Source: an uncultured cyanobacterium (lineage in GTDB: Bacteria > Cyanobacteriota > Cyanobacteriia > Cyanobacteriales > CAWCAG01). Taken from it: a stretch of DNA of 64,000 nucleotides. Made by a program: the position numbers and the translations under genes. The notes below the pieces were generated by a model. The model made no database searches and was not told where the DNA came from. It saw nothing but the letters and a program-made list of their open reading frames with translations. Within the stretch, counting starts at the first letter, position 1, and every line of letters begins with the position of its first letter. Location of the stretch: the NCBI GenBank assembly GCA_963793425.1, contig CAWCAG010000005.1, positions 160,001 through 224,000 of the forward strand, given 5' to 3'. Positions 52,576-64,000 of this stretch are shown here, piece by piece.

Positions 52576-53394
52576 ATGAATAACAACAAAATTATCATTT
52601 TTGATACTACTTTGCGTGATGGGGAACTCACTCCTGGGGTGACAATGAACCTGGAAGAAAAAGTGGTGATCGCTCAACTATTAGACGAAATGGGAGTAGA
52701 TATTATTGAAGTTGGTTATCCCGGTTACGGCCAGAAAGATTTTCAGGAAATTTACCAAACATCCCAACTAATTACCAACTCAACTATCTGCGGCTTAGCT
52801 GCCTCAAAACCAGAAGAGATAATCCAGGTAGCACAAGCAATTAAACCAGCACTAAAAGGTAGAATTAACATTTATACGAACGTTAACAATAAAAAGCATC
52901 AGAAGCAAGTTTTAAACACAATTAAAGAAACTGTTTCTTTAGCTAAAGATTATTGCCATGATCTACAATGGAATGCTTTTGATGCTACCAGAACTGAGTT
53001 GAATTTTCTCTGCCAAACTATCGAAATTGCTATTGAAAGTGGTGCTAATACTATTACCATTGCCGATAGTTTAGGAGTCGCTTCACCAAGCAGTTTTAGT
53101 CAGCTTTTAAAGAAAATTTTCAAGCAAGTAAAAAACATAGACCAAGCCATTATCGCCGTGCATTGTCATAATGATTTAGGTTATGCAGAAGAAAATGCTC
53201 TGGTTGCCTTAAATTACGGGGTTAGACAAATTGAAGTGGCAATTAATGGTTTAGGTATGCGTAAAGGCAATACAGATTTAGCAAAGTTTGTCACTAAACT
53301 TTCTAGCCAAGATCAATACAGCATCAACCTCAATACTTCTCTCTTACCAAAAGCTTCAGAATTAGTCAGTAAAATAACATCTAAATTCCAATAA
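52576..53394 (+). CDS. LeuA-like (DRE-TIM/HMGL) catalytic-barrel-only protein
   Basis: FDTTLRDGE and HCHNDLG; ends after the barrel; ORF track start 52564. Confidence 0.82.
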   Translation: MNNNKIIIFDTTLRDGELTPGVTMNLEEKVVIAQLLDEMGVDIIEVGYPGYGQKDFQEIYQTSQLITNSTICGLAASKPEEIIQVAQAIKPALKGRINIYTNVNNKKHQKQVLNTIKETVSLAKDYCHDLQWNAFDATRTELNFLCQTIEIAIESGANTITIADSLGVASPSSFSQLLKKIFKQVKNIDQAIIAVHCHNDLGYAEENALVALNYGVRQIEVAINGLGMRKGNTDLAKFVTKLSSQDQYSINLNTSLLPKASELVSKITSKFQ

Positions 53395-53416
53395 GCAATA
53401 GGCGAAGAATACTCTT

Positions 53417-53452
53417 TACCTATTACCTATTACCTATTACCTATTACCTATT
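53417..53452. repeat. Heptamer tandem repeat (TACCTAT)x5
   Basis: Tandem units seen directly; related units near 45165 and 46210. Confidence 0.8.
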
Positions 53453-53891
53453 TAGGTTCCGATTCTGTAAAAGCTTTCCAAGCGGCATTAACTGCGTTAT
53501 CTATCCGCTTACCCATCTTTTGCATCTCATCAACAAAAACTTCCCAATTTTCTGTCGCTTCATTAGTAAGTTCAGCTAAGGATGTTTCCACAGAATTCTT
53601 TTGTCCTTCAAAAAACTTTTCGGTCTTTCTCAAAGTTTCTTGGGCTTGAGTCATGGCATCAACATAATTTTCGCGGTTCATATCGCCAGCAGCTTCAATT
53701 TGTGATGCTGCCTGCTTCTTAATTGCTTCAATTAATTCTCCCATCTTTTCTTTAACTTCATCAGATTCACCATCACCCATTTTTTTGTTAACAAGGTCTT
53801 TTGTTTCTTCGCTAACGGAGGTGATAGCTGTCTCTTTTACTTCGCTAGGTGGAACAATAGCCGTCTCTTTAGGATCATTAGGTGTATTCAT
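53448..53891 (-). CDS. Acidic helical hypothetical protein
   Basis: 147-aa ORF with AGGAG RBS. Confidence 0.8.
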   Translation of the reverse strand: MNTPNDPKETAIVPPSEVKETAITSVSEETKDLVNKKMGDGESDEVKEKMGELIEAIKKQAASQIEAAGDMNRENYVDAMTQAQETLRKTEKFFEGQKNSVETSLAELTNEATENWEVFVDEMQKMGKRIDNAVNAAWKAFTESEPK

Positions 53892-53917
53892 TAATTTCTC
53901 CTTACTTCTACTAATAA

Positions 53918-54985
<1,068 letters not shown>

Positions 54986-55087
54986 TTAGAAATTAAGAAT
55001 AGGGAAAAAACAAAAATATAGGGGTACAGCTAAACTGCACCCCCATTTCAACATGAGGCATAAACCTAATAATTAGGAAATCTGATT

Positions 55088-55411
55088 TTAAAGATATTTT
55101 TCCAAAGTAGTTGCTAAGGTTGTTTTTGGTACAGCCCCGACTACCATATCCACCCTTTGACCACCTTTAAAAATCATTAAGGTAGGAATGCTACGAATAC
55201 CGTACTGACTCGCAACATTGGGATTTTCGTCAGTATTGAGCTTAACTACCTTAATTTGGTTTTCGTATTGGTCAGCAATTTCGTCAACCACTGGGGCTAC
55301 CATACGACATGGACCGCACCAGGGGGCCCAAAAATCTACCAATACAGGTACTTCGCTCTCTAATACTTCAGATTTAAAACTTGCATCTGTAACTTGTTCA
55401 GTTACCGCCAT
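55088..55411 (-). CDS. trxA: Thioredoxin (m-type)
   Basis: [20 protein letters not shown]. Confidence 0.97.
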   Translation of the reverse strand: MAVTEQVTDASFKSEVLESEVPVLVDFWAPWCGPCRMVAPVVDEIADQYENQIKVVKLNTDENPNVASQYGIRSIPTLMIFKGGQRVDMVVGAVPKTTLATTLEKYL

Positions 55412-55560
55412 GCCTGAACATCCTTGTTTGTGAGGTTGATAACGTTTATTGGAAATTCTACCATAGCAAGAACTAGTCGGTACTTGTTTAGAATTATCTC
55501 CTAAAATTCACATAAACTTCCTGCTCTTGTCAATATCGCCTTGTAAATAGCCTTGAAAGG

Positions 55561-55629
55561 AAGAAACCGCCTGAACTCTGTCCAGGCGGGGTGTGGTGTG
55601 AGGAGTGAACGGAAACATTTGTCTCCGCC
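55561..55629 (-). ncRNA. yfr1: Yfr1 small RNA
   Basis: Minus strand: 5' hairpin GCGGAGAC-AAAT-GTTTCCGT, ACTCCTCACAC motif (55596-55606), terminator CCGCCTGGAC/GTTCAGGCGG + U-tract; TACAAT -10 at 55636-55641; upstream of trxA. Confidence 0.93.
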
Positions 55630-55904
55630 ATATTCATTGTAATCTACAGTCTTTGGTTTCCTCCAGTGTTGGGGTAGTTATTCACGCTAATTTTGCGCTC
55701 TTCAAGGAGAGTTTTTCTTTGAAGACAATAAAGAATAGAAGTTTTCAATAAAGACTAGGGGTGATCTTGTACATATCTTTTCCCGATGCTCCTTGGTAAG
55801 ATTGTTAATATTAATGTAGTAAATTGTTTTGGTTTACTAAAATCTCGAATTAAGATAAATCTGTCTCAGGGAACATTAGGTAGAAAAAATAAACCAATTA
55901 ACCT

Positions 55905-55913
55905 GGGAATACT
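55905..55913 (+). promoter_or_regulatory. Candidate J-box upstream of the adenylate cyclase
   Basis: Exact GGGAATACT about 290 bp upstream of the start. Confidence 0.45.
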
Positions 55914-56202
55914 TATAAAAAGTAAAGGCATAGTATATACCCCTTGTCTTCTTTTTTTAATTCCTCAAGATGCTCTACCAAACATCGGGGTAGTTATTTT
56001 TTGGCAGCTACCTCCTTTCTGTGCTGAAATCCTTTCCGATTCTGAAATCAAAAATTGCTCCTAAAAGAATTACAGATTGAGATCAGCCTATAGAGAATCG
56101 CTAACAGGAAAAAATCACTGCTTATCCTAACTAATTTAATCATATGTCCTTGAGATGCGTAACGGCTTGCTGAGTTGAGTTAAAGACTTTCGATTTTCCC
56201 CT

Positions 56203-59200
56203 ATGAATCAAAATTACTCTGAGGTGGCAAAAGCTAATATTCTAGTTATTGAGGAAACTCTGTCTGATTTACAGTTGTTAGTGAGTATTCTGACTGGGCG
56301 AGGGCATTTAGTAAAAAGTTTGAGAGACGGTAGGGATGTTTTCTTATCTTTCTTGGTAGAAAAACAAAAGCCTGACCTCATTTTGCTCAATCCGATCATG
56401 TTGATAGGGGATGGCTATGAAATTTGTCAGCAGCTTCAAAGCAACCAACAAACCTCTCAGATTCCTTTGGTTTTAATCCTCAGTGGCGAAAATCACCATC
56501 ATAGAGAAAAAGTCTTTGCCGCAGGTGCAGTAGATTACTTACTTAAACCTTTACAAGAGCAAGAAATTATTAGCCGCGTAGAAAATCAATTACAACTTCA
56601 CTCACTACAGGAAAAACTTTCGCAACAGGGTACAAGGCTACAAAAAGAAATTCGTCTTAACGATGCTTCCGAAGCAATTTCTCAACTTAGGGAAGCCAAA
56701 CTTTACCACCAATCTCAAACCCTAGCTAATTTTAGTGCCAACCTCAAAAGTATTCACCGTTTAAATACCACCAGCTATAGCAACTTTGAAAAGTTATTTG
56801 CTGATTATTTAGAAACAGGTTGCAAAATCTTGGGCAGTTCGACAGGAATTATCAGTCGTGTACAAGGACAAACTTATACTATTTATGCTGTTAAATCTCC
56901 TTTGAAAAGTTTAGTTGCTGATCAACAATTTTCCTTGCAGGATACCTATTGTGTAGAGGTGATTAAGCAGCAACAAACAGTAACTTATTACTATGGAGGA
57001 GCGATCGCTCCTGTCAAGATTAATCCTACCTACGGAAATCTTAAACTAGAATGCTATTTAGGTACGCCTATTTGGGTTAATGGGGAGATTTACGGTACTC
57101 TTAATTTCTCTTCCCATCAAGTTCGGCCTCACAAATTCACACCCCAAGAACAAGAAATTATTGAGTTAATGGCTCAAAGTTTGGGTAAACTTGTCACTTC
57201 CCATCAAATAGAAATTAGGCGCAAAAGAGCAGAGTTAGCCCTGCGGGAAAGCGAGAGAAAGTTACGAAAGCAAAATAGTGTTTTAAGCAAACTAGCCCAA
57301 AATCCGGCTCTTTATCAAGGTGATTTGGCCTTAACTTTGGAAATCATAACTGAGACTATTGCTGATACCTTAGAAGTTGAACGAGTTAGCGTTTGGTTAT
57401 ACGATAAATCCGGTACAAAACTACAATGCCAAGATGCCTTCCAACGTAACACTCAACAACACCATCGAAAAGAAGATTTGTTGGCGGCGAACTATCCTAA
57501 CTACTTCAAGGTATTAGAATCTCAGTGGAATATTGCTGCGGATGATGTTCTTACCAACCCCTACACCCAAGAATTTGCTGCCTATTTTGCTGAGACTAAC
57601 ATCGTTTCTACCTTAGATACTTCCATTCGTTTAATGGGGCAAACCGTAGGAGTCCTTTGTTTAGAACAAGTAGACTATCTTCGTGCTTGGACAGCAGACG
57701 AACAGAATTTTGCTAATTCAATCACTGACTTAATCTCTTTAACCTTAGAAGCTACTGAAACAAGACGTACCCAAGAAGCCCAAAGATTATCAGAAGAAAA
57801 GTTCTCCCTAGCTTTTTATTCCAACCCAGATCCTATGGCTATTGTCACTTTGGTGGGGGGAGAATATTTAGATGTTAATGAAAGCTTCCTACGTAGTTTA
57901 AGTTATTGCCGTGAAGAAGTAATTGGTCTTAGCCCCGGAGAACTAAATATTTGGGTTGAACCTCATGAGCGTACTAGAATAATGCAAACTTTGCAACAAG
58001 AGGGGGCTGTAAGTAAGCAAGAGGTTAATTGGCAAACTAAATTAGGGCAAACAAGAACGGTTTTATTCTCAGCAGAACTAATTTATCTTGAAGGTCAAGA
58101 GTGCCTCCTTTCTGTGGTTAATGATATAACTGAACGTAAGCAAGCAGAAAAAGCTTTATTAGAATTATTTGGCTTAGCAGCCCTGGATGCTGATGTGGGG
58201 GTTGCCTTAACTAAAGGGAAAACTTTAGGGGAAATGCTCAATCTTTGTGCGGGTGCTATCCACAAACATCTTGATGCAGCTTTTGCCCGCATTTGGATTT
58301 TAAATGAAGGAGAAAACCTTCTAGAACTCAAAGCTAGTGCCGGGATGTATACTCACTTAGATGGTTCCCATAGTTGCATCCCTGTAGGTAGCTACAAAAT
58401 TGGTCGGATCGCCCAACGAAGAACCCCCTACTTAACTAATGATGTTGTCAATGACCCCCAAATAAGTGACCCTCAATGGGCTAAGGAGACGGGAATGGTA
58501 GCCTTTGCAGGCTATCCGCTGACCTTTGAAAACAAACTTTTAGGGGTGATTGCTGTTTTTGCCCACCATCCCCTCACTGAAGCAACTTTGCTGGCCATGG
58601 ATTCGATTGCCAATAATATTGCTTTGGGTATTGATCGCTTTCGGGCAGAAGAATCTCTTTCTCGTAGCAATGCTTTGCTAACCTCCCAACAGGAAGCCGC
58701 TTTAGATGGGATTTTAGTGGTGGATGAAAAACAGAACATCACTTCCTATAATCAACATTTTTGCCAGTTGTGGCAAGTTCCTGAAGAGTTATTTGCTGGT
58801 AGTAGCGATCACCAAGTTTTTGCTTGGATTTTTCCTCAATTAGAAAATCCCCAAGGCTTCACAGAAAAAGTAGAGTATTTGCATAACCATCCTCAAGAAA
58901 TTTGTCAAGAAGAAATTATTTGTCGCAACGGGTGCATTTTCGATTTTTATTCTGCTTCTATACAATCCCAAGCTGGGGAATATTATGGTAGAATTTGGTA
59001 CTTTCGGGATATCACAGCACGCAAACGTTCAGAATTAGCCCTGCGGGTAGCCCAACAAAAGTCAGAAAGCTTGTTACTAAATATTTTGCCCCAGGCAATT
59101 GTGAAGCAACTAGAAAACTACGAAGGCTCTATTGCAGAACAGTTTGACGAAGCAACTATTCTGTTTGCTGATATTGTTAACTTCACTGATATTGGTGCAA

Positions 59201-59688
59201 GTGTTTCTCCTTTGGAATTGGTTGACTTACTCAATGATATTTTTTCTACCTTTGATGAACTAGTTGACTATCATGGTTTAGAGAAGATCAAGACCATTGG
59301 TGATGCTTATATGGTGGCAGGAGGTTTGCCGATACCAAGGGCAAGACATCTTGAGGCGATCGCAGATTTAGCTTTAGATATGCAACAAGCTATTGATCGC
59401 TTTCATAATTCCCAAGGAGAAACCTTTCAAATTCGCATCGGCATCCACACAGGTTCGGTGGTAGCAGGGGTGATTGGCATTAAGAAGTTTACCTATGATC
59501 TTTGGGGAGATACGGTTAATGTGGCTTCTCGTATGGAATCTCAAGGGGAAGCAGGGAGTATTCAAGTAACCACAGCTATTTATGAGAAGTTGCGCCACAA
59601 GTACGTTTTTGCTAAGAGAGGAACTCTTTTGGTTAAGGGTAAGGGGGAGATGTGTACTTATTGGTTGATAGATCGCAAACAGGAATAA
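56203..59688 (+). CDS. Class III adenylate cyclase, REC-like/GAF/GAF/PAS/GAF/PAS/cyclase
   Basis: ILFADIVNFT, KIKTIGDAYM, YDLWGDTVNVASRME (Lys/Asp pair typical of ATP specificity). Confidence 0.93.
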   Translation: MNQNYSEVAKANILVIEETLSDLQLLVSILTGRGHLVKSLRDGRDVFLSFLVEKQKPDLILLNPIMLIGDGYEICQQLQSNQQTSQIPLVLILSGENHHHREKVFAAGAVDYLLKPLQEQEIISRVENQLQLHSLQEKLSQQGTRLQKEIRLNDASEAISQLREAKLYHQSQTLANFSANLKSIHRLNTTSYSNFEKLFADYLETGCKILGSSTGIISRVQGQTYTIYAVKSPLKSLVADQQFSLQDTYCVEVIKQQQTVTYYYGGAIAPVKINPTYGNLKLECYLGTPIWVNGEIYGTLNFSSHQVRPHKFTPQEQEIIELMAQSLGKLVTSHQIEIRRKRAELALRESERKLRKQNSVLSKLAQNPALYQGDLALTLEIITETIADTLEVERVSVWLYDKSGTKLQCQDAFQRNTQQHHRKEDLLAANYPNYFKVLESQWNIAADDVLTNPYTQEFAAYFAETNIVSTLDTSIRLMGQTVGVLCLEQVDYLRAWTADEQNFANSITDLISLTLEATETRRTQEAQRLSEEKFSLAFYSNPDPMAIVTLVGGEYLDVNESFLRSLSYCREEVIGLSPGELNIWVEPHERTRIMQTLQQEGAVSKQEVNWQTKLGQTRTVLFSAELIYLEGQECLLSVVNDITERKQAEKALLELFGLAALDADVGVALTKGKTLGEMLNLCAGAIHKHLDAAFARIWILNEGENLLELKASAGMYTHLDGSHSCIPVGSYKIGRIAQRRTPYLTNDVVNDPQISDPQWAKETGMVAFAGYPLTFENKLLGVIAVFAHHPLTEATLLAMDSIANNIALGIDRFRAEESLSRSNALLTSQQEAALDGILVVDEKQNITSYNQHFCQLWQVPEELFAGSSDHQVFAWIFPQLENPQGFTEKVEYLHNHPQEICQEEIICRNGCIFDFYSASIQSQAGEYYGRIWYFRDITARKRSELALRVAQQKSESLLLNILPQAIVKQLENYEGSIAEQFDEATILFADIVNFTDIGASVSPLELVDLLNDIFSTFDELVDYHGLEKIKTIGDAYMVAGGLPIPRARHLEAIADLALDMQQAIDRFHNSQGETFQIRIGIHTGSVVAGVIGIKKFTYDLWGDTVNVASRMESQGEAGSIQVTTAIYEKLRHKYVFAKRGTLLVKGKGEMCTYWLIDRKQE

Positions 59689-59711
59689 CGAACCTTAGCC
59701 CCAATAAAAAA

Positions 59712-59746
59712 GCTGTAGAGACGTAAATAATTAACATCCCTACAGC
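59712..59746. repeat. REP-like GTAG hairpin between convergent genes
   Basis: GCTGTAGAGACGT / ACATCCCTACAGC. Confidence 0.6.
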
Positions 59747-59763
59747 ACATAATAGTATATTTT

Positions 59764-61359
59764 CTACTTAAGCCCCGCTTTGATTTCCGGTGCTTGCAAA
59801 GAAATCATTTGTTGACTCTGCACCTCAACAGCAACAGTCTCCACCAAGGAAGGAACTGAACTCCTTGCCCTCGCAGTTAACTGAGTTGTTGTCGCATCAT
59901 AAATTTGGGTAACTAGCTTAGGATAAAAACCAATACCAATAATGGGAACCAACAAAGAAGCAATAATAAATACTTCCCTGGGTTCGGCATCAATTAAAGC
60001 TTCATGTTCTACCAACTCTTTGTTTTCTGGACCATAAAGTAATTCCCGCAACATGGAGAGGAGGTATATAGGAGTGAGAATCACCCCAACGGCGGCTAGA
60101 AAGACCACCAACACCTTGAAAGTGGGGTTATAGGCATCACTAGTAGCAAAGCCGACAAAAATCATTAATTCCGCGACAAAACCACTCATTCCGGGCAAAG
60201 CTAGGGAAGCAAAGGAACAAGTCGTCCACATCGCAAAAACTTTCTTCATTTTCTGCCCTACTCCCCCCATTTCATCCAACATCAGGGTGTGGGTGCGGTC
60301 ATAGGTGCAACCTACCATGAAAAATAAGCTTGCCCCAATTAGTCCGTGGGAAATCATTTGTAACATCGCCCCACTGGTTCCCAACTCCGTAAAGGAACCC
60401 AAACCAATTAAGACAAAGCCCATGTGGGAAATGGAAGAGTAAGCGATTTTACGCTTTAAATTACGCTGGGCAAAGGAAGTGAGGGCGGCATAAACAATAT
60501 TAACTACCCCCAGAATTACCAAAACCGGAGCAAACACAGCATGGGCATCAGGCAACATTCCCATGTTCATCCGAAACAGGGCATAGCCTCCCATTTTTAA
60601 CAAAATACCAGCTAGGAGCATATGGGCAGGGGCTGTAGCTTCGCCGTGGGCATCTGGCAACCAGGTATGTAAAGGGAAGATGGGCAGCTTCACACCGTAG
60701 GCAATTAAGAAACCTCCATAAAGCAGCAATTGCAAATTAAGGGGAATATCTTTAGCGGCGATCGCCTGCATATCAAAGGTTACTGTGTCGCCATAGAAAG
60801 CCATTGTTAAAGCGCCGACTAAAATAAATAGTGACCCGCCGGCGGTATAAAGAATAAACTTTGTGGCGGCATAAAGGCGTTTTTTCCCTCCCCAAATGGA
60901 GAGTATTAAGTAAACAGGAACTAATTCTAGTTCCCATACCAAGAAAAACAGCAACATATCTTGAACAGCAAAGACAGCGATTTGACCGCCGTACATCGCT
61001 AACATCAAGAAGTAGAATAATCTCGGCTTGAAAGTAACAGGCCAAGCTGCCATTATCGCCAGGGTAGTGATAAAGCCTGTGAGGATAATCAGGGGCATTG
61101 CTAAACCATCAGCCCCTACTGACCACTTCAAATCAAGGGCAGGAACCCAGGAATAGCTTTCTACTAATTGCAATTCAGGATTAGCTAAGTCGTAACCATT
61201 GTAAAAAGCATAAACAATGACGATAAAGTCAATTAATCCCACAATTAAGGCATACCACTTTACGGTTTTTCCATCTCCTTTATCAGGAACAAACGGAATT
61301 AGTAAAGCTGCGGCAACAGGAAAAAGAATGATCGTTGTTAGCCAAGGAAATTCTGTCAT
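59764..61359 (-). CDS. ndhD1: NDH-1 subunit 4 (NdhD1)
   Basis: [26 protein letters not shown]; follows ndhF; ORF track start 61383. Confidence 0.95.
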   Translation of the reverse strand: MTEFPWLTTIILFPVAAALLIPFVPDKGDGKTVKWYALIVGLIDFIVIVYAFYNGYDLANPELQLVESYSWVPALDLKWSVGADGLAMPLIILTGFITTLAIMAAWPVTFKPRLFYFLMLAMYGGQIAVFAVQDMLLFFLVWELELVPVYLILSIWGGKKRLYAATKFILYTAGGSLFILVGALTMAFYGDTVTFDMQAIAAKDIPLNLQLLLYGGFLIAYGVKLPIFPLHTWLPDAHGEATAPAHMLLAGILLKMGGYALFRMNMGMLPDAHAVFAPVLVILGVVNIVYAALTSFAQRNLKRKIAYSSISHMGFVLIGLGSFTELGTSGAMLQMISHGLIGASLFFMVGCTYDRTHTLMLDEMGGVGQKMKKVFAMWTTCSFASLALPGMSGFVAELMIFVGFATSDAYNPTFKVLVVFLAAVGVILTPIYLLSMLRELLYGPENKELVEHEALIDAEPREVFIIASLLVPIIGIGFYPKLVTQIYDATTTQLTARARSSVPSLVETVAVEVQSQQMISLQAPEIKAGLK

Positions 61360-61409
61360 AAACGTAAGTTTTTGAGTTGGCAAGTGATTAAGACGGGGAG
61401 ACTGGGCTG

Positions 61410-61444
61410 GGGGACACCGGAGACACCGGAGACACTGGAGACGC
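61410..61444. repeat. Nonamer tandem repeat (GGAGACACC-type)
   Basis: Tandem units seen directly. Confidence 0.65.
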
Positions 61445-61554
61445 TTAAATTTAAAACCAGAGAAGAGTTTTTAAAAACTTACCTATGGTTTTAAAATTTA
61501 TACTGCTTCTCCTGCTGCCTACTCTCTACTCCCTACTCCCAGCCCTTTCGGGCT

Positions 61555-63624
61555 TTATGTTACGCTCGAAACAACAACAAAGCCCAAAACAGCAGCAAAG
61601 ATGATTAAAGCGTAAAATTGGGCGCGACCGTTTTCTAAGTATTTCAAACCTTCACCACTAACAATGGCAGCTAAACCAGTTAAATTAACCGCACCATCTA
61701 CCACCCGGTAATCCACTTCCATGATTTGTCTTGCCAAACGACGCAAACCCTTAACAAAGGCAACTTCGTAGATGTCGTTGAGATACCACTTATTGAGGGA
61801 GAAGTTGTAGAGAGGTTTGATTTTAGAGGCGATCCCACTAGGATCAATAACTTTGCGGGAATACATCAATGAAGCCAAAGTTATACCAATTAAGGCAATA
61901 CCCACAGAGTTACCGGCCATAATCAAAAACTCTGACCACTCAAAATGCGCTGCTTCTGCTAGGGCTTCGGTTGCTGTTTCTGTAGGAGGATAAATAAATT
62001 CCTCAAAAGAATTAGCCCAAGGACGACCAAGCCAACCAATGAAAATTGAAGGGACAGCAAGAATAAGCAGAGGTAGAGTCATGGTTAAAGGAGACTCGTG
62101 GGGTTCACTGCTATGATGTTCTCCGTGAGTATCATGGGCTTCTTCAGATTCAAGTTCCTTAACATTCATCGCCCCAGGACCAAAAGCTGGTGTAGGTTCA
62201 ACCCCAGCTTCTGCTTTTAAAGAAGCACGAATGGCCATATCATTACCACGAAACTCGCCGCCGAAGGTGAGGAAATACATCCGGAACATATAAAAGGCGG
62301 TGATTCCGGCAGTTAACCAACCAATCAACCAAAGCCCTGGGTTAGCGAAGAAAGCACTACCGAGAATTTCATCTTTTGACCAAAATCCAGCAAAGGGAGG
62401 AATACCACAAATCGCTAAAGTCCCAACCAAGAAGGTAAGGTGAGTCATGGGCATATATTTACGCAAATTACCCATTAACCGCATATCCTGGGCAAAAACA
62501 GGATCATGACCAACAACAGCTTCCATGCCGTGAATTACCGAACCAGAACAAAGGAAGAGCATTGCTTTAAAGAAAGCATGGGTCATGAGGTGGAAAAGTC
62601 CTGCTGAGTAGGCCCCAATTCCCATAGCCATAACCATATAACCTAACTGGGAAATGGTGGAGTAGGCTAAACCTTTTTTAATATCATTTTGGGTAATAGC
62701 GATGCTAGCCCCCAAAAAGGCCGTAAATGCTCCTGTCCAAGCAATGGTAGTCATCGCCACAGGAATATCTGCAAAGACAGGGTACATCCTCGCCACGAGA
62801 AAAACTCCTGCTGCTACCATTGTGGCAGCGTGAATCAGAGCAGAAATTGGGGTAGGACCCTCCATGGCATCGGGAAGCCAGACATGGAGAGGAAATTGAG
62901 CTGACTTAGCTACGGGGCCGAGGAAGACTAATATAGCGAATAGAGTAGCTAAACCGGCGGACAAAGAACCAGAAGTTACTAATTCTTGTAGGCGATCGCC
63001 CATAACTTCAAATTCAAAACTGCCTGTAGCCCAATATAAACCAAGCATTCCGAGTAATAAGCCAAAATCCCCTACTCTATTGGTAACAAAGGCTTTTTGA
63101 CAGGCATCTGCGGCTGCTTTACGGTCAAACCAAAAGCCAATTAGTAGGTAGGAACACATTCCCACCAATTCCCAGAAAATATAAATCTGGACGAGGTTTG
63201 GGCTAATAACCAAGCCCAACATTGAAGAACTAAATAAACTTAAATAGGCATAGAAACGTACATAACCTGGGTCATGGGCCATATAACCATCGGTGTAGAT
63301 CATCACCAAAAAGGCTACGGTGGTCACAACAACTAACATCAAGGCGGTGAGATGATCTATGGTATAGCCCATGGCCAGATGAAAGCTTCCTGCTGCTGCC
63401 CATTCAAAAGTACGGGTGAAGGTTTCGTGGCCGTGGATTTGACTCCACAGCAAAGCAAATGACAAAACCATAGCAGCTCCCAGGAGGGAGATAATAAATA
63501 CAGCATTTATTTGCCGTAGGCGATTAGTTGCATTACTGAAGGAAATTAAGCCCAGGCCAACCAACATTGCTCCAACTAGGGGCAAAAGTGGAATAAACCA
63601 GGCATACTGATAAAGCGGTTCCAT
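61555..63624 (-). CDS. ndhF1: NDH-1 subunit 5 (NdhF1)
   Basis: MEPLYQYAW, KSAQFPLHVWLPDAMEGPTPISALIHAATMV. Confidence 0.96.
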   Translation of the reverse strand: MEPLYQYAWFIPLLPLVGAMLVGLGLISFSNATNRLRQINAVFIISLLGAAMVLSFALLWSQIHGHETFTRTFEWAAAGSFHLAMGYTIDHLTALMLVVVTTVAFLVMIYTDGYMAHDPGYVRFYAYLSLFSSSMLGLVISPNLVQIYIFWELVGMCSYLLIGFWFDRKAAADACQKAFVTNRVGDFGLLLGMLGLYWATGSFEFEVMGDRLQELVTSGSLSAGLATLFAILVFLGPVAKSAQFPLHVWLPDAMEGPTPISALIHAATMVAAGVFLVARMYPVFADIPVAMTTIAWTGAFTAFLGASIAITQNDIKKGLAYSTISQLGYMVMAMGIGAYSAGLFHLMTHAFFKAMLFLCSGSVIHGMEAVVGHDPVFAQDMRLMGNLRKYMPMTHLTFLVGTLAICGIPPFAGFWSKDEILGSAFFANPGLWLIGWLTAGITAFYMFRMYFLTFGGEFRGNDMAIRASLKAEAGVEPTPAFGPGAMNVKELESEEAHDTHGEHHSSEPHESPLTMTLPLLILAVPSIFIGWLGRPWANSFEEFIYPPTETATEALAEAAHFEWSEFLIMAGNSVGIALIGITLASLMYSRKVIDPSGIASKIKPLYNFSLNKWYLNDIYEVAFVKGLRRLARQIMEVDYRVVDGAVNLTGLAAIVSGEGLKYLENGRAQFYALIIFAAVLGFVVVSSVT

Positions 63625-63747
63625 CACTTGTCTTACTTTATATTTCTTTACTTTTTAGAAGTACTCCTGACATTGTGACATAGACAGACCTTTAAGCAAG
63701 TTTCCATATCTAACACTTTAAGGAAAGAGAATATTTTTGCCTATTAA

Positions 63748-63784
63748 CAAACCCGCAGACTTGCTATGGCAAGGGCGGGTTTTC
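63748..63784. terminator. Hairpin between the thioredoxin-like gene and ndhF1
   Basis: AAACCCGC...CTTGC-TATG-GCAAG...GCGGGTTT. Confidence 0.55.
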
Positions 63785-63872
63785 TCAGCTAAAATAATTA
63801 ATACTTTTTTCAGTTATTCACCAAGTTTTACTCCTTTTTTCTCAGAAAAGTTTACGCTTCTATATTTCAACC

Positions 63873-64000
63873 CTACACAGGGCTGACACTCAACGCTTCT
63901 AAATAAGCTTTGAGGCTAGATTGCAAATCCTCTCTACCCTGGAAACTTTCAATGCGATGCACAACCATTCCTTTTTCTAGTAGAAGAATAGTTGGTAAGT
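63873..64000 (-). CDS. 3' end of a thioredoxin-family protein, probably TrxC (partial)
   Basis: Minus strand reads LPTILLLEKGMVVHRIESFQGREDLQSSLKAYLEALSVSPV* (cis-Pro 'LPT' strand); upstream of ndhF1. Confidence 0.7.
   Translation of the reverse strand, partial: LPTILLLEKGMVVHRIESFQGREDLQSSLKAYLEALSVSPV

Noticed and set aside
55786..56064. 92-aa ORF upstream of the cyclase
   Set aside because: AT-rich promoter region, no RBS or recognisable motif; probably spurious

Overview
A 64-kb chromosomal segment from a cyanobacterium. Evidence: psbO, ndhF1/ndhD1, PSRP-3, tocopherol cyclase, the Yfr1 sRNA, frequent HIP1 (GCGATCGC) sites and heptamer/octamer tandem repeats. Most genes are housekeeping (atpD/atpC, argD, pgm, rdgB, glnB, mutS, trmH, fmt, ugd/uxs, trxA). 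Accessory content includes signalling genes (two SigF/SigJ-type sigma factors, a PAS kinase, a Ser/Thr kinase-ATPase-His kinase, an HTH-NACHT protein, a multi-GAF/PAS adenylate cyclase), a Ni/Co ECF transporter cluster and a RimB-RimK-deacylase triad. I saw no rRNA, tRNA, CRISPR array or transposase. Best leads: (1) two dispersed paralogs of an uncharacterised HTH + small-domain protein; (2) a PilP-like lipoprotein behind sigF; (3) guanidine-hydrolase-type hypA/hypB without their enzyme, sitting behind an orphan DUF2791 (BrxD-like) ATPase; (4) several GGGAATACT J-box promoters; (5) a 54-aa ORF missing from the ORF track; (6) a degenerate LeuA-like barrel; (7) MITE/REPIN-like elements, one nested. 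All family calls come from motif recognition by eye, not database searches.
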